Assembly (NCBI GenBank): GCA_030390025.1
Contig: CM059432.1
Span: 107,076,001 to 107,140,000, forward strand
Length of the DNA stretch: 64,000 bases
From: Squalus acanthias
Lineage: Eukaryota
Direction: 5' to 3'
In this document: piece by piece, positions 11,666 through 23,194 of the stretch
Numbering within the stretch: the first letter of the stretch is position 1
Layout: each line of letters opens with the position of its first letter
The notes under the pieces: generated by a model
Told to the model about the DNA's origin: nothing
The model's input: only the letters and a program-made list of their open reading frames with translations
Databases searched by the model: none
Translations under genes and position numbers: made by a program

Positions 11666-13786
11666 CAGCGAAATATATTTTTCCTGCACTCTGTTGAACA
11701 CCGTTTTAAATGTTTCCCATTGCTGTTCTACATCGTTGTTTGCTAATATTGTTGCCCATTTTTTCCCCAAGTTCTATTCTCAGCCCCTTAAAATCAGCTT
11801 TTCTGCAATCTATTAACCTGGTTTTCATCATACTTATGTCCTTCTCAATTATCATCTTAAAGCGTATTATATTATGGTCACTATTGCCTAGATGTTCCCC
11901 TACTTTTACTTCTCTTATCTGCGCTGGTTCATTCCCCATTACTAGATCCAATAGCGAATCCTCCCTTTTTAAATATTGGGTTAGAAAGGAGTCCTGTACA
12001 CATTGCAGGAACTCCATTCCCTTATCTCCTTTACCTACCTCTTCTGTCCAATTAATATCGGGGTAGTTGAAATCCCCCATGATTATTATTCTATATTTTT
12101 TACTAATTTCCCTAATTTGTCTATGTATTTCTTCCTCCACCTCCCTTCCACTATTAGGTGGTCTGCAGACTACGCCTATTAGTGTGATTGATCCTTTATT
12201 ATCTTTTATCTTGCTGATATCTGCGTCACTTTTTTCTACTGATATTATGTTATCCCTAATAAGTACAGCTACTCCACCTCCCCTTTTACCCTTTAATCTT
12301 TTCTAAATATGTTATGCCCTGCAATGTTTAATTCCCAGCCTGATTTTGCTGTAGCCATGTCTCAGTAATCCCTACTATGTCTGGTTCCTCACAACGCATG
12401 ATTGCCTCCAGCTCCCCTTTTTTTATTTGGACACTATGTGCATTGCTATGTTTAACCATCTTTTTAGACTCCTGTTCTATAACTGAATATTTATTCCCTT
12501 GCCATCAATGTCCTCCCTTACTTTATTCTTTCCTATGCTCTCTTTTCCTGTTTTGTTTATATTTAGGCTAGTTACGTTTCTTGTAGATCTCTCCCCCCAT
12601 CTTACTTGTTTAAAGCCTTTGCCACCTCCCTATTTACCCCTTCCACTAGGACACGGGTCCCATCCCAGTTCAGGTGGAGCCTGTCCCATCGATACAGCTC
12701 CTTCCTGTCCCAGAACTGGTACCAGTGTCCATGAAAAGGAACCCCTCTTTCCCACACCAGCCCTTTAGCCACGTGTTAATTCTCCTGATCTATCTGCTTC
12801 TATGTCAATTTGCATGTGGCTCGGGCAATAATCCAGGAATTATTACGCTTGAGGTCCTGCTTTTTAATTTAGATCCTAACTCCTGATACTCTTTCAGCAG
12901 GACCTCCTCCGTGTTCCTACCTATGTTATTTGTTCCAACATGGACCACGACAACTGGATTTACCCCCTCCCTTTCCAGGTTCCTCTCCAGCCGCCATGAG
13001 ACATCCCTTACCCTGGCATCGGGTAGGCAACACACCCTTCGGGATTTTCGTTCTTGACTGCAGAGGATGCTATCTATCCCCCTAATTATAGAGTCCCCTA
13101 TCACTACCACATTTCTATTCTGCACTTCCCCCCCTTGGACAGCCTTCTGGGCTGCATTGTGGCTGTCCCCTCTGCAGTCTTTCGCCTTGTCCTAACAGGT
13201 GGCGAGTACATCGTACCTGTTGGACAGGACCAGTGTCTGCGGGACCTCCTTCTCAACCTTTCCTAAATCCCCGATACCCACCTCCCTAACAGTCACACCC
13301 TCCCCTTCCTGAACCTGTGCTTTCCTCTGGGGTGTGACTGTATTCTGGATAAAACTGTCCAGAAATTCCTCCCCCTCCCTTATGTGTCGGAGTGTCTCCA
13401 ACTCGCACTCCAGCTTAATGACTCTGAGCCGGAGAGATTCGAGATGGAGACATCTCCTGCAGACGTGTTTGCTTGGGACAGTCTCGCTGTCCACAAACTC
13501 CCACATACTGCAGTCCAGACACACAACCTGCCATGCCATAGTCTAGCCTAATTTTATTTATTTAATTAGTTAAAGTCTTTAATCAATGATCATTTATAGT
13601 TATATTAATTAGTTTAACTCGTTAAGCTATAAATTTAATACAGTATGTTATAGTTTCCCGCTCCTAGTTTAAACCACTGTCTTAGTTTAGAGAGAAAAAA
13701 ACATTAATACTCACCAACCAATCACCTACCTGCTGTCCTGTGATGTCACACCTTGTTTTTTTTGGAAATCGTGGAAGGTTCGGCCA

Positions 13787-14278
13787 CTGCTGATACTGCC
13801 TTCGATTAGGTCCGCACTGTTCCTCCGCTCTCTCCTATATGTCCCGCCGCCACTGATACTGCCTTCGATTAGGTCCACACTGTTCCTCTGCTCTCTCCTA
13901 TATGTCCCGCCGCCACTGGTACTGCCTTCGATTAGGTCCGCACTGTTCCTCTGCTCTCTCCTATATGTCCCGCCGCCACTGGTACTGCCTTCGATTAGGT
14001 CCGCACTGTTCCTCTGCTCTCTCCTATATGTCCCGCCGCCACTGATACCGCCTTCGATTAGGTCCGCACTGTTCCTCTGCTCTCTCCTATATGTCCCGCC
14101 GCCACTGATACCGCCTTCGATTAGGTCCGCACTGTTCCTCCGCTCTCTCCTATATGTCCCACCGCCACTGATACTGCCTTCGATTAGGTCCGCACTGTTC
14201 CTCTGCTCTCTCCTATATGTCCCGCCGCCACTGATACTGCCTTCGATTAGGTCCGCACTGTTCCTCCTCTCTCTCCTC
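13787..14278. repeat. Tandem array of about 8 x 63-bp units
   Basis: ttcgattagg recurs at 13801, 13864, 13927, 13990, 14053, 14116, 14179, 14242. A further partial unit is at 14483-14515. Confidence 0.97.
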
Positions 14279-14279
14279 T

Positions 14280-14482
14280 AACCAACATAACAAAAACAGA
14301 TTATCTGGTCATTATCACATTGCTGTTTGTGGGACTTTGCTATGCGCAAATTGACTGCCGTGTTTCCCACATTACCACAACGACTCCACTTCAAAAAAGT
14401 ACTTCATTGCCTGTAAAGCGCTTTGAGATGTCCAGTGGTCGTGAAAGGCAATATATAAATGCAAGTCTTTCTTTTCTTTCTT
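14280..14482 (+). mobile_element. 3' part of a SacSINE1/Deu-type SINE inserted in the tandem array
   Basis: Matches the 3' half of the SINE at 50024-50440 (ttatctggtcattatcacattgctg...tatataaatgcaagtcttt). Confidence 0.8.
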
Positions 14483-14817
14483 TATGTCCCGCCGCTGCTG
14501 ATACCGCCTCCGATGGAAACACTATGTTGATATTGAAAACCCGTAACACGTTTTCCCCTCTATTACACCCAGTAAATAGTCAATACTGGGCAAAGAATAT
14601 AGAGGCTGCCTGGAAATATCTATGAGGCTGAATTCTGCTGCACACATGAAACTGCCACACCCAATAGTCAGGGCCTGGTTTGTATCTGTAGGATATTCAA
14701 AATTGTCCAACATCTTTTGTTCCTCAGAGTCAGGACCATCCTCCCTCCAAGGCACATTATTAAACAGGCAGAAAAACTAACCCATGACACTAAAAATTCA
14801 AAACTCTCTGAGACAAC

Positions 14818-15408
14818 TGGCATGGTAGTGTAGTGGTTATGCTACTTTCCTAATAATTCAGAGAATGTGGGTTAAAGTTCCACCATGGCAATTTGAGAAT
14901 TTAAATTCATTTTCAAAAAGAAACCTGAAAACAAAAGTGACCATGAAGCTGTTGGATTGTGGTACAAACCCAACTGGTTCACTAATTTCTTCTAGGGAAG
15001 GAAACCTGGTGTCTTTACCCAGTCTGGCCTATATGTGAGAAGTCGCACAACACCAGGTTATAGTCCAACAGTGACGAAGGAGCAGCGCTCCGAAAGCTTG
15101 TGATTTCAAATAAAACTGTTGGACTATAACCTGGTGTTGTGCGACTTCTCACATTTGTCCACCCCAGTCCAACACCGGCATCTCCACATCATGGCCTATA
15201 TGTGACTTCAGTCCCATACCATTGTGTTTGACTCTTAACTGCCTTCCGAAGTGGCCCAGCCAGTCACTCAGTTGTATCAAAGCATTACCACATGAACTAC
15301 AGCGGTTCAAGAAGAAGACCCAACACCAACTTGTCAGGGCAACTAGGGATGGGCAATATTTGCTGACCTTGCCAGGAATGCCCACATCCTGAGAATGAAT
15401 GTTAAAAA
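14818..15408 (+). mobile_element. tRNA-derived SINE with a CR1-type tail
   Basis: A-box-like tagtgtagtgg head. Tail agcggttcaagaag...agggcaactagggatgggcaata...cccacatcc matches the LINE 3' ends at 43600-43722 and 58200-58318. Confidence 0.7.
15039..15191 (+). mobile_element. Penelope-derived short insertion with inverted-repeat structure
   Basis: 14-bp TSD tggcctatatgtga (15025-15038, 15192-15205). An inverted repeat of about 33 bp flanks a clipped hammerhead core (gTGACGA-A-GGAGC..GCTCC-GAAA-GCTT). Confidence 0.8.
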
Positions 15409-16029
15409 ACTGTGAAAAATTGGCTTTAAATTCTGAAAATTGGGCAAAACAAACATGACAAATTCTATATGAGCACTGTGCACAAACTTTACAGCATCGG
15501 ACAATGAATTGGCTGATGTTGCTAATCTGCAAAAGTATTGGCTGTATAGCACTTGTCCTCATGTTGCGGAAGGCGCTATATAAACGCAAGTTCTTTCTTT
15601 TCAATAATGGACCATCTGGAGTAAGCAGCTGCAATGCAACAGGTCAGTACATCCCGTAGAGAAAAATTAATTCGGGAGGGGGCTCGTCTCTGGAATTCCA
15701 ATTGTTGCTGTTGTCATATCTTCCCCTTGGAGCATAGTGTGAAAAAGTGGAAAGAGTCTCAGGCTGTAACAGTCTGACAGGCCATGACGTGAATGCTCCT
15801 TCCATGGCCGTAGCCATCTTTATATCAGCCGATGATGGGGTTAGTCCTATACAATATGAGGGATTTCACCAACCATACGGAGAGGGGGAGCCAGCCACAC
15901 CCACTGGACGCAAGTATCCTGCTGGATGTCAACCCAGAATTCAGAGCTAGAGCCCCAGTCTCCACTCGTCAGGACTGTCTAGAGTGGGGTTCAAACCATG
16001 CACCTTCTGACTCAGAGGCGGAAGTGCTA

Positions 16030-17200
16030 CATAAGAACCTAAGAATTAGGAGCAGGAGTCGGCCATACTGTACTTCGAGCCTGCTCCGCTATTCAATAAG
16101 ATCATGGCTGATCATTGACCTCAACTCCACTTTCCTGCCCGATCCCCATATCGCTTGATTCCCCTAGAGTCCAAAATCTATCTATCTCAGCCTTGAATAT
16201 ACTCAACGACTCAGCATCCACAGCCCTTTGGGGCAGAGAATTCCAAAGATTCCCAACCCTCTGAGTGAAGAAATTCCTCCTCATCTCAGTCCTAAATGGC
16301 CGACCCCTTATCTTCAGATCATGTCCCCTAGTTCTAGACACTCCAGCCAGGGGAAACAACCTCTCAGCATTTACCCTGTCAATACCCCTCAGAATCTTAC
16401 ACGTTTCAGTGAGATCACCTCTCATTCTTCTAAACTTCAGAGAGTATAGGCCCAATCTACTCAATCTCTCCTCATAGGACAACCCTCTAAACCCAGGAAT
16501 CAATCTAGTGGACCTTCGTTGCACCGCCTCTAAGGCAAGTATGTACTTCCTCAGATAAGTAGACCAAAACTGTGCACAGTACTCCAGGTGTTGTCTCACC
16601 AAAGCCCTGTACAATTGTAGTAATACATCCTTGCTCTTGTACTCCAAGCGCCTTGCAACAAAGGCCAACATGCCATTCATTAGTTACAGCCTGCCAACTG
16701 GAAAATGACCCGTTTAGCCCTACTCTCTGTTTTCTGTCCGTTAACCAATCCTCTATCCATGCTAATATATTACCCCCAACCCCATGAGCCCTTATCTTGC
16801 GTAGCAAACTTTTATGTGGCACCTTATCGAATGCCTTCCAATTTTTGATTCCAATCCACATGGGCCAGATCCTTTTCCAACTCACTAAAGATAGCTCTTT
16901 TTATGCTTGCTTGTTCTTTGTCCTTTTCCATAACTCTACTAAACCTGATGATATTATGATCACTGTTCCCCAAATGCTCTCCAACTGAGACATTCTCCAC
17001 TTGCCAACTTCATTTCCTAGAACTACATCCTTCTTGGCTGGAAACATACTGATCAAGAAAGTTCTCTTGTGCACATTTCAGGAATTCCTCCCCTGCCCCC
17101 TTTGCTCTTTACCCTGTTACTTTTCCCAGTCTAAATTACCATAATTGAAGTCCACCAATATCACTACTCTGTAGTTCTTGCATCTTTCTGTAATTTGCCT
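16030..17200 (-). mobile_element. CR1 LINE with large internal deletions
   Basis: ORF 16102-16680 (RT C-terminus) is joined to the KAFDKVPH segment, then to endonuclease-region remnants. Confidence 0.88.
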
Positions 17201-17498
17201 GTTACATTAACTATATTGCCTGTGACCCTAATTACAGATAGTACACAGTCAACTACCCTAGATCAGCACTAAACCTCCCCATAGACAATGCCTATACCCC
17301 AAATCATTCTGACACAGAACAGAGAGAAAAGGGAAACTTGCACCAACGGAATCAGTTGGCCCAGCCACAGAGACGGGTCCTGAGGATATTGACAGGCATT
17401 TTGTAAGCCGACAGCCCAACAGAAATATTTAAAAAATCTGATGTGGAAATTGAAGCCAACCGGGAAGCGGGTGTAGGAGACGGTGCGTGCTTGTGGCT

Positions 17499-17564
17499 AT
17501 GGTTGGAGCTGGAGCGCGGCGCTCGGCTGCCTGATCTTCATGATCGGCGCCTCCCGAGTGCTGG
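17499..17564 (+). pseudogene. Degenerate duplicate of the signal-peptide exon at 36678-36756
   Basis: 17465-17583 aligns to 36644-36775. It is 13 nt shorter, with a frameshift giving TGA at codon 12, and the donor GTGAGT reads GTGACT. Confidence 0.85.
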
Positions 17565-17974
17565 GTGACTGATGGACGGGGAGGGGAATTCTAAGTCGAG
17601 TTCCAGTAGTTGTATCTGTGAGTTAGCTGCCAGTGTTTATGGTGTTAAATCTGGTTTCTTAGGCTGGAGATAGTCTCTGAAACTCGGTGGGGGGGGGGGG
17701 GGGGGGGGAGAAGCTAGATTTACAACGGGAGGCTTGGCTGTGCTGATGAAAATAGTTTGCATATAACTAGTACTGGCCCAGAAATTTGACTATAAAATAA
17801 TCGGAGATTTACTGATATGACGATAGTTGTATTTCTTGGGTGTCATTGGTGTAATAAACTGTAGATTGTGTGTCAAGGGAGTTTAGGGAACCTTGATTTG
17901 TCACAATGTATTTACTGACATACAGTGCTAATGCGATAATTGTGTGCAGATTGTGTGAACATTTTTAACAATGA

Positions 17975-18325
17975 TATGGGGGCACAGTTAGATTAACCAT
18001 TCAGTTGCATTGCCGTATAACATCTGGTGCTGGGTTTGAGTCCAGCTCAGAATTGTGGAGTGAACGCCTTTGCTCCTTGGCTGTAAAGGTCTTGTAAAAT
18101 ACCTTTGGGTAGTCTTGATCATTTTCCTTTCAGGCACGAGTCCACAGAACTGTCTAGCATTTGGAATAAATAGTCAATCTCATTTGATAAGGGCCAATAG
18201 GACGGCTAGTCTGGAAAATGGGATTGCATGACTGAATGGGTGTTCTTCAGAGCCAGGGTTGAGCCATTTTGTTAGGGCAGAGTGGAAGGAGTTTTACTTG
18301 TACCTGATCTGGGAATGTTTGATGG
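17975..18325 (+). mobile_element. LF-SINE-like ancient SINE (copy A)
   Basis: B-box-like gggtttgagtcc, then ggctgtaaaggtc and cagggttgagcc...agggcagagtgg, recalled as LF-SINE-like blocks. Needs Dfam confirmation. Confidence 0.55.
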
Positions 18326-19535
18326 GTGATAAAAGTGAAAAAGTGTTTACCTTCCTACTGATTATGTCTCATCACAAAATGCTGTCTTTATTTCTGCTTC
18401 TCTCCCCCACCACAAAATCATGATGGTAAAGACCTGGCAAGTGAGTGTGTTTAAATGGGAAGTACAATATGGTGGTGGGCGGGGTGGTATTTTATAGAAG
18501 AAAATAATGGGGTAGATTTTGTGGTCAGAGGCTTACCTACGGAGTACATCGCTGGCATCCAAATAGAATACAAACTTACCTGATGGGGACCCTCCTTTGC
18601 AAACTTGCTGTTTGACGCTGCGTACTGGAGGGCAGCGTAATGGCCCACGGATCCCAGGGGCGCAGCGTGTGCTTAAGTGTATCTGGGATCACGTGGGCCT
18701 CGTGCTCCAATCATCATAGATTTCCATCCCCATTCATAACTCGACTTTGTTAACTAAACATAACTTCATTTAAACCCTCATTACTAGAGCCTTCCAGGAT
18801 TTAAATGTGCATAAACATCTATACAATACATTTTTGTAACATATGTACTTTGTGTATGTTTAATTAATGAAGCTGAGTTATGAATGGGGATGGTGATCTA
18901 TGGATCAATTCAAACACTTCAAATGGTACACTTGGATCGTAGAAAATTAAACATCCGACTGCTGAGAATATATTCACGTATGGCCCTGACCGCCTCTTAT
19001 TTAATAATGGTCCCTTTGCATTAGCAACAGACTTCCATACAAAATCTCGGACATTTTATGGAATGCAATGGGGGGATAAAAGCAATGGGGGGGAAAATAC
19101 GATAGTGTTGAGGCTGCCGCGAAACACGAATTAAGACTGAATCCATGTGTGGAAAACAAAGGCTTTTTAATACAACTGCATGGTCCAAAATGGCTGAAAC
19201 CAACTGCTCCCAGAATTCTCTGGCAAAACTCTGAGGCCCCGCCCACTCCTTTTCTCCTGCCTTAAAGGCAAGGTGCCTTAAAGGCAAGGTGCCCGATATT
19301 TTGTCCACGGACGGAAAAGTGGATTATGCCCGTTTAGGTGGCAATCCGCCACACAGCTCCCCCCAGAATCCGCTTAGGAGGTGTGGACGAGACGGTGCGG
19401 TGGTCTGATGGGCCGGCCGGAGCGGCTCTTGTAGGACGCCAGTGGACGTGGAACGGCCGGGCGTGGAGCAGCCGGGTGAACCGGCTTGAGGGCAGGTCGG
19501 CCGCGTGGTGGTGGACGAGCTACAGGGACCTGCTC

Positions 19536-22500
19536 CTAGGGCTCCGAGTGTGCTGGCTTGAGTCGGTCAACCGACACTTTTTCGGTCCTGTCGCCCACTT
19601 GCAGGGTGAAAAATTTGTCCCCAGCTTGTAGCACCTTGTAGGGCCCGTCGTACGGGGGTTGAAGGGGTCCGCGGTGGGCGTTGTGCCGGACAAAAATGAA
19701 CCGTGCCTGGTGCAGGCTTAGTGGGATGTGTGAGGTGGATTCGCCGTGTCAGGCAATGGGCGAACTGCAGCGCCGGTGAGGCGAAGTCGTGGCGTTGCTG
19801 GTCGGCTGACCAGGGTGTCGTGGCGGTGGGCAGGAACTTGCCGGGTACGCGCAGCGGCTGACCGTACACGAGCTCTGTTGCCGATGCGTGGAGGTCTTCT
19901 TTAACCGCAGTGCGCAGGCCGAGGAGGACCCACGGAAGTCGGTCGGTCCAGGCGCCGTCCTGGAGGCTGGCTCGAAGAGATGCCTTCAAGGATCTGTGGA
20001 ACCGCTCACACAGTCCGTTGGCTTGGGGGTGGTACGCTGTGGTGCGGTGAATGGTCACCCCGAGATTGCGTGCGACGGCAGTCCAGAGTTCAGAGGTAAA
20101 TTGCGGACCTCTGTCTGACGTCATGTCGGAGGGGACGCCGAACCGTGCGACCCAGGTGCTGACGAAGGCTCTGGCGATGTCGGCGGTGGTGGTAGAGGTC
20201 AGTGGAATTGCCTCGGGCCAGCGCGTGGTGCGGTCAACGATCGTCAGCAAGTGCGTGTGGCCTTGCGACGGCGGCAGGGGCCCGACGATGTCCACATGGA
20301 TGTGGTCGAATCTCCGTGAGGGGACGGTAAACTCCTCGAGGGGTGCTTTCGTGTGTTGCTGTACCTTGGCCCATTGGCAGGCTAGGCAGGAGTTGGCCCA
20401 AGTACACACATCCTTGCGAAGGCCACGCCAGACAAAGCGGTTGGCTACCAATTTGATGGATGCGCGGGCGCCGGGGTGGGAGAGGTTGTGGAGAATGTCG
20501 AATACCCGGCGGCGCCAGGACGCTGGGACGACGGGCCGAGGTTGACATAGGGATATGTCGCACTTGACCGTGACTGCGGTCGGGCCACAGGCGACGTCAG
20601 CCAGGCGTAGCCCTGGTAGGTTGGTGGGTGCGGAGAGCAGATCAGGGTCGGTGATCTGGTCTGCTGCGAGTTGAGCGTAGTCGACTGCCAGGTGTGCGGC
20701 GTGGATGGCGGGGCGGGAGAGGCAGTCGGCTACCACATTGTCTCGGCCGGAGACGTGTTTGATGTCCGTGGTGAACTCGGACACTGCCGCGAGCTGGCGC
20801 TGCTGCCTGGCGGACCAGGGGTCGGTTGTCTTTGCCATTGCGAATGTCAGGGGCTTGTGGTCGACAAACGCAGTGAAGGGGTGGCCCTCAAGCAAAAACC
20901 GGAAATGGCGGACCGCCAGGAACAGCGCGAGGAGCTCGCGGTCGAAGGTGCTGTACTTGACCTCCGGGGGGCGTAGTTGGCGGCTGAAGAAGGCAAGTGG
21001 TTGCCAGGCGCCGTCGACCCACTGCTCATACTCGGCGCCGACCGCGTGGTCGGAGGCGTCCGTGGTGAGCGCTACCCTGGCATTGGGCCGTGGGTGCGCG
21101 AGCAGGGTGGCGTTGGCGAGCGCGGTCTTGGTGGAGTCGAAGGCGGCGGACGCGTCTGCCGTCCATTCGAACGCCATCTTGCCGCTCCTGCCCCGGAGGG
21201 CTTCATACAGGGGCCTCATGAGGGACGCCGCTTTGGGGATGAAGCGGTTATAGAAATTCACCATCCCGAGGAACTCCTGGAGGCCTTTGATGGTGGTGGG
21301 GCGGGGAAATTGTTGGACGGCCTGCACCTTGGTGGGCAGGGGAATGGCCCCAGCATGGGTGATGTGGTGGCCGAGGAAGTCGATCTTGTCCAGGCCGAAC
21401 TGGCATTTGGCTGGGCTGAGGATGAGCCCATGGTCGCTGAGGCGCCCGAACAGGATGCGAAGGTGTTCGAGGTGTTCCTGCTTGGAGGAACTGGCTACCA
21501 GGATGTCGTCCAGGTAGACGAACAGGAACTTCAGGTCCCGAAGGACCGAGTCCATGAGCCGTTGGAATGCCTGGGCCGTGTTTTTGAGGCCGAAGGGCAT
21601 CCGCAGGAACTCGAACAGGCCGAAGGGGGTGATTACGGCCGTCTTGGGGACGTCCGCGGGGTGGACGGGGACTTGGTGGTAGCCGCGCACCAGGTCGACC
21701 TTGGAAAAGACTGAGCGGCCGGCCAGTCTAGCCGAGAAGTCCTGAATGTGCGGCACGGGGTACCGATCAGGGGTGGTGGCGTCGTTGAGGCAGCGGTAAT
21801 CCCCGCAGGGGCGCCAACCCCCGCCTGGTTTGGGGGCGATGTGGAGTGGGGAGGCCCAGGGTCTGTTGGAGTGGCGGATGATGCCGAGCTGTTCCATGGT
21901 GGCAAACTCGGTCCGCGCGATCTCCAGTTTGGCCAGGTCCCGCCTGCGGGCGTGGGCGTACACTGTGGGGCCTGTGGTGGGGATGAAGTGTTCCACCCCG
22001 TGTTTGGCGGCCTCCGCGGAGAAGGTCGGATTGGTAAGGGCCGGAAATTCGGCCAGGAGTGCCGAGTAATCATCCGTGGCCCGGGCGTGGCACTGTCACG
22101 CCATGTCGGCGGGTTGACGGGGGGCCATGGCGCCCAGGATGGGGGACATGGTGTTCATGTCCACGAGGCGGTGACGAGGGATGTCTACCAGTAGGCCGTG
22201 GGCGCACAGGAAATCTGCGCCGATGAGAGGGGAGAGCACCTTGGCAGTGATGAACTCCCATCGGTAGCGGCAACCAGCGAGGTCGAGGGTGACTGTCCGG
22301 GTGCCGTACGTCTGGATTTCCGAGCCGTTAGCAGCAGCCAGCGCCGGTCCTCATTCGCCATTTTGGATGTCAAGGGAGGAGGCCGGGATGATGCTGTGCT
22401 GAGCTCCAGTGTCGCACAGGAACCGGCGGCCGGTTTTGTCATCCGTGGCCCACGGCCATCGTGGGGGCTGGTACGGGGGCGGACTTGAAAGAGCAGGGAG

Positions 22501-23155
22501 GTGTGCACCGTTGTGCCCTGTCGCCGAACCGTGCGTGGTAGTAACAGTGGCCCGGGTTAGTGGGGCGTGAAGGCCCCGTGGGCCTGGTGGCTGGTCCTTG
22601 TGGCCGCGTGGTGGCCGGTGAGGGGCACGCCCAGGCATTGGCTGCCAGGTCCGGAGTGACGTCGCGGCTGGAGTGAGTGGACAGCAGCTTGTCAGCCTCA
22701 TCGGCCAGGGCGTCCAGGTTCGTGAGGCCGGACATCACGATCGCTGGGCGGATGCTGAGAGGGAGCTGGCGGATGAACAGCATGCGGAAGAGGGATCCGG
22801 GTGGGCTCTCGTCGGTGAGGGAGAGCATGTGGGAGAGGAGGTCTGACGGTGAGGAATCACCAAGGCCTGGAAGGTCGAGGAGGTGGCAGTTTTGCTGGTA
22901 TGCCGAGGCCGTAAATTTTTTAAGGAGCGCTGCCTTAAGATGTGCATACTTGCCTTCCTCTGGTGGGTTCTGCAGCGCTGTCCAAACCTTCGAAACTGTG
23001 GCGCTACCAAGTGATGTGATGAGGTAGTCGTACTGCGTCCCATCTGTGGTGATGTTTCGCAGCCGGAAGCGGGATTCAGCTTGGAGAAACCAGGCTTCGG
23101 GCTGGTTTTCCCAAAACTCCGGCAGTTTCACGGAAACTGCATTCGTGTCCGCCAT
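19536..23155 (-). pseudogene. Disrupted gag-pol polyprotein
   Basis: Collinear with the intact ORF of copy 2, except a 23-bp deletion near 22447, a TCA>TGA stop near 22097 and an 8-bp deletion near 19761. Both deletions sit at 4-nt microhomologies. Confidence 0.93.
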
Positions 23156-23180
23156 TGCAGTGCTCAGAATACGTTCTGAG

Positions 23181-23194
23181 CGTCGGGGTCACCA
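23181..23194 (-). promoter_or_regulatory. Primer binding site for tRNA-Trp (copy 1)
   Basis: TGGTGACCCCGACG, 1 nt from the 5' LTR, complementary to the 3' end of eukaryotic tRNA-Trp. Confidence 0.92.

Larger units (their letters stand above)
11666..14515 (-). mobile_element. CR1 LINE, 5' half (5' UTR, ORF1 zinc finger + esterase, endonuclease)
   Basis: ORF 13192-13539 (CLDC...CRRC), ORF 12805-13125 (VVVIGDSIIR, VVHVGTNN), ORF 11706-12140 (IMGDFNYPDI, LGNSDHN). Confidence 0.9.

Noticed and set aside
13787..14278. CRISPR array
   Set aside because: Units are contiguous and near-identical with no unique spacers; no cas genes; eukaryotic context.
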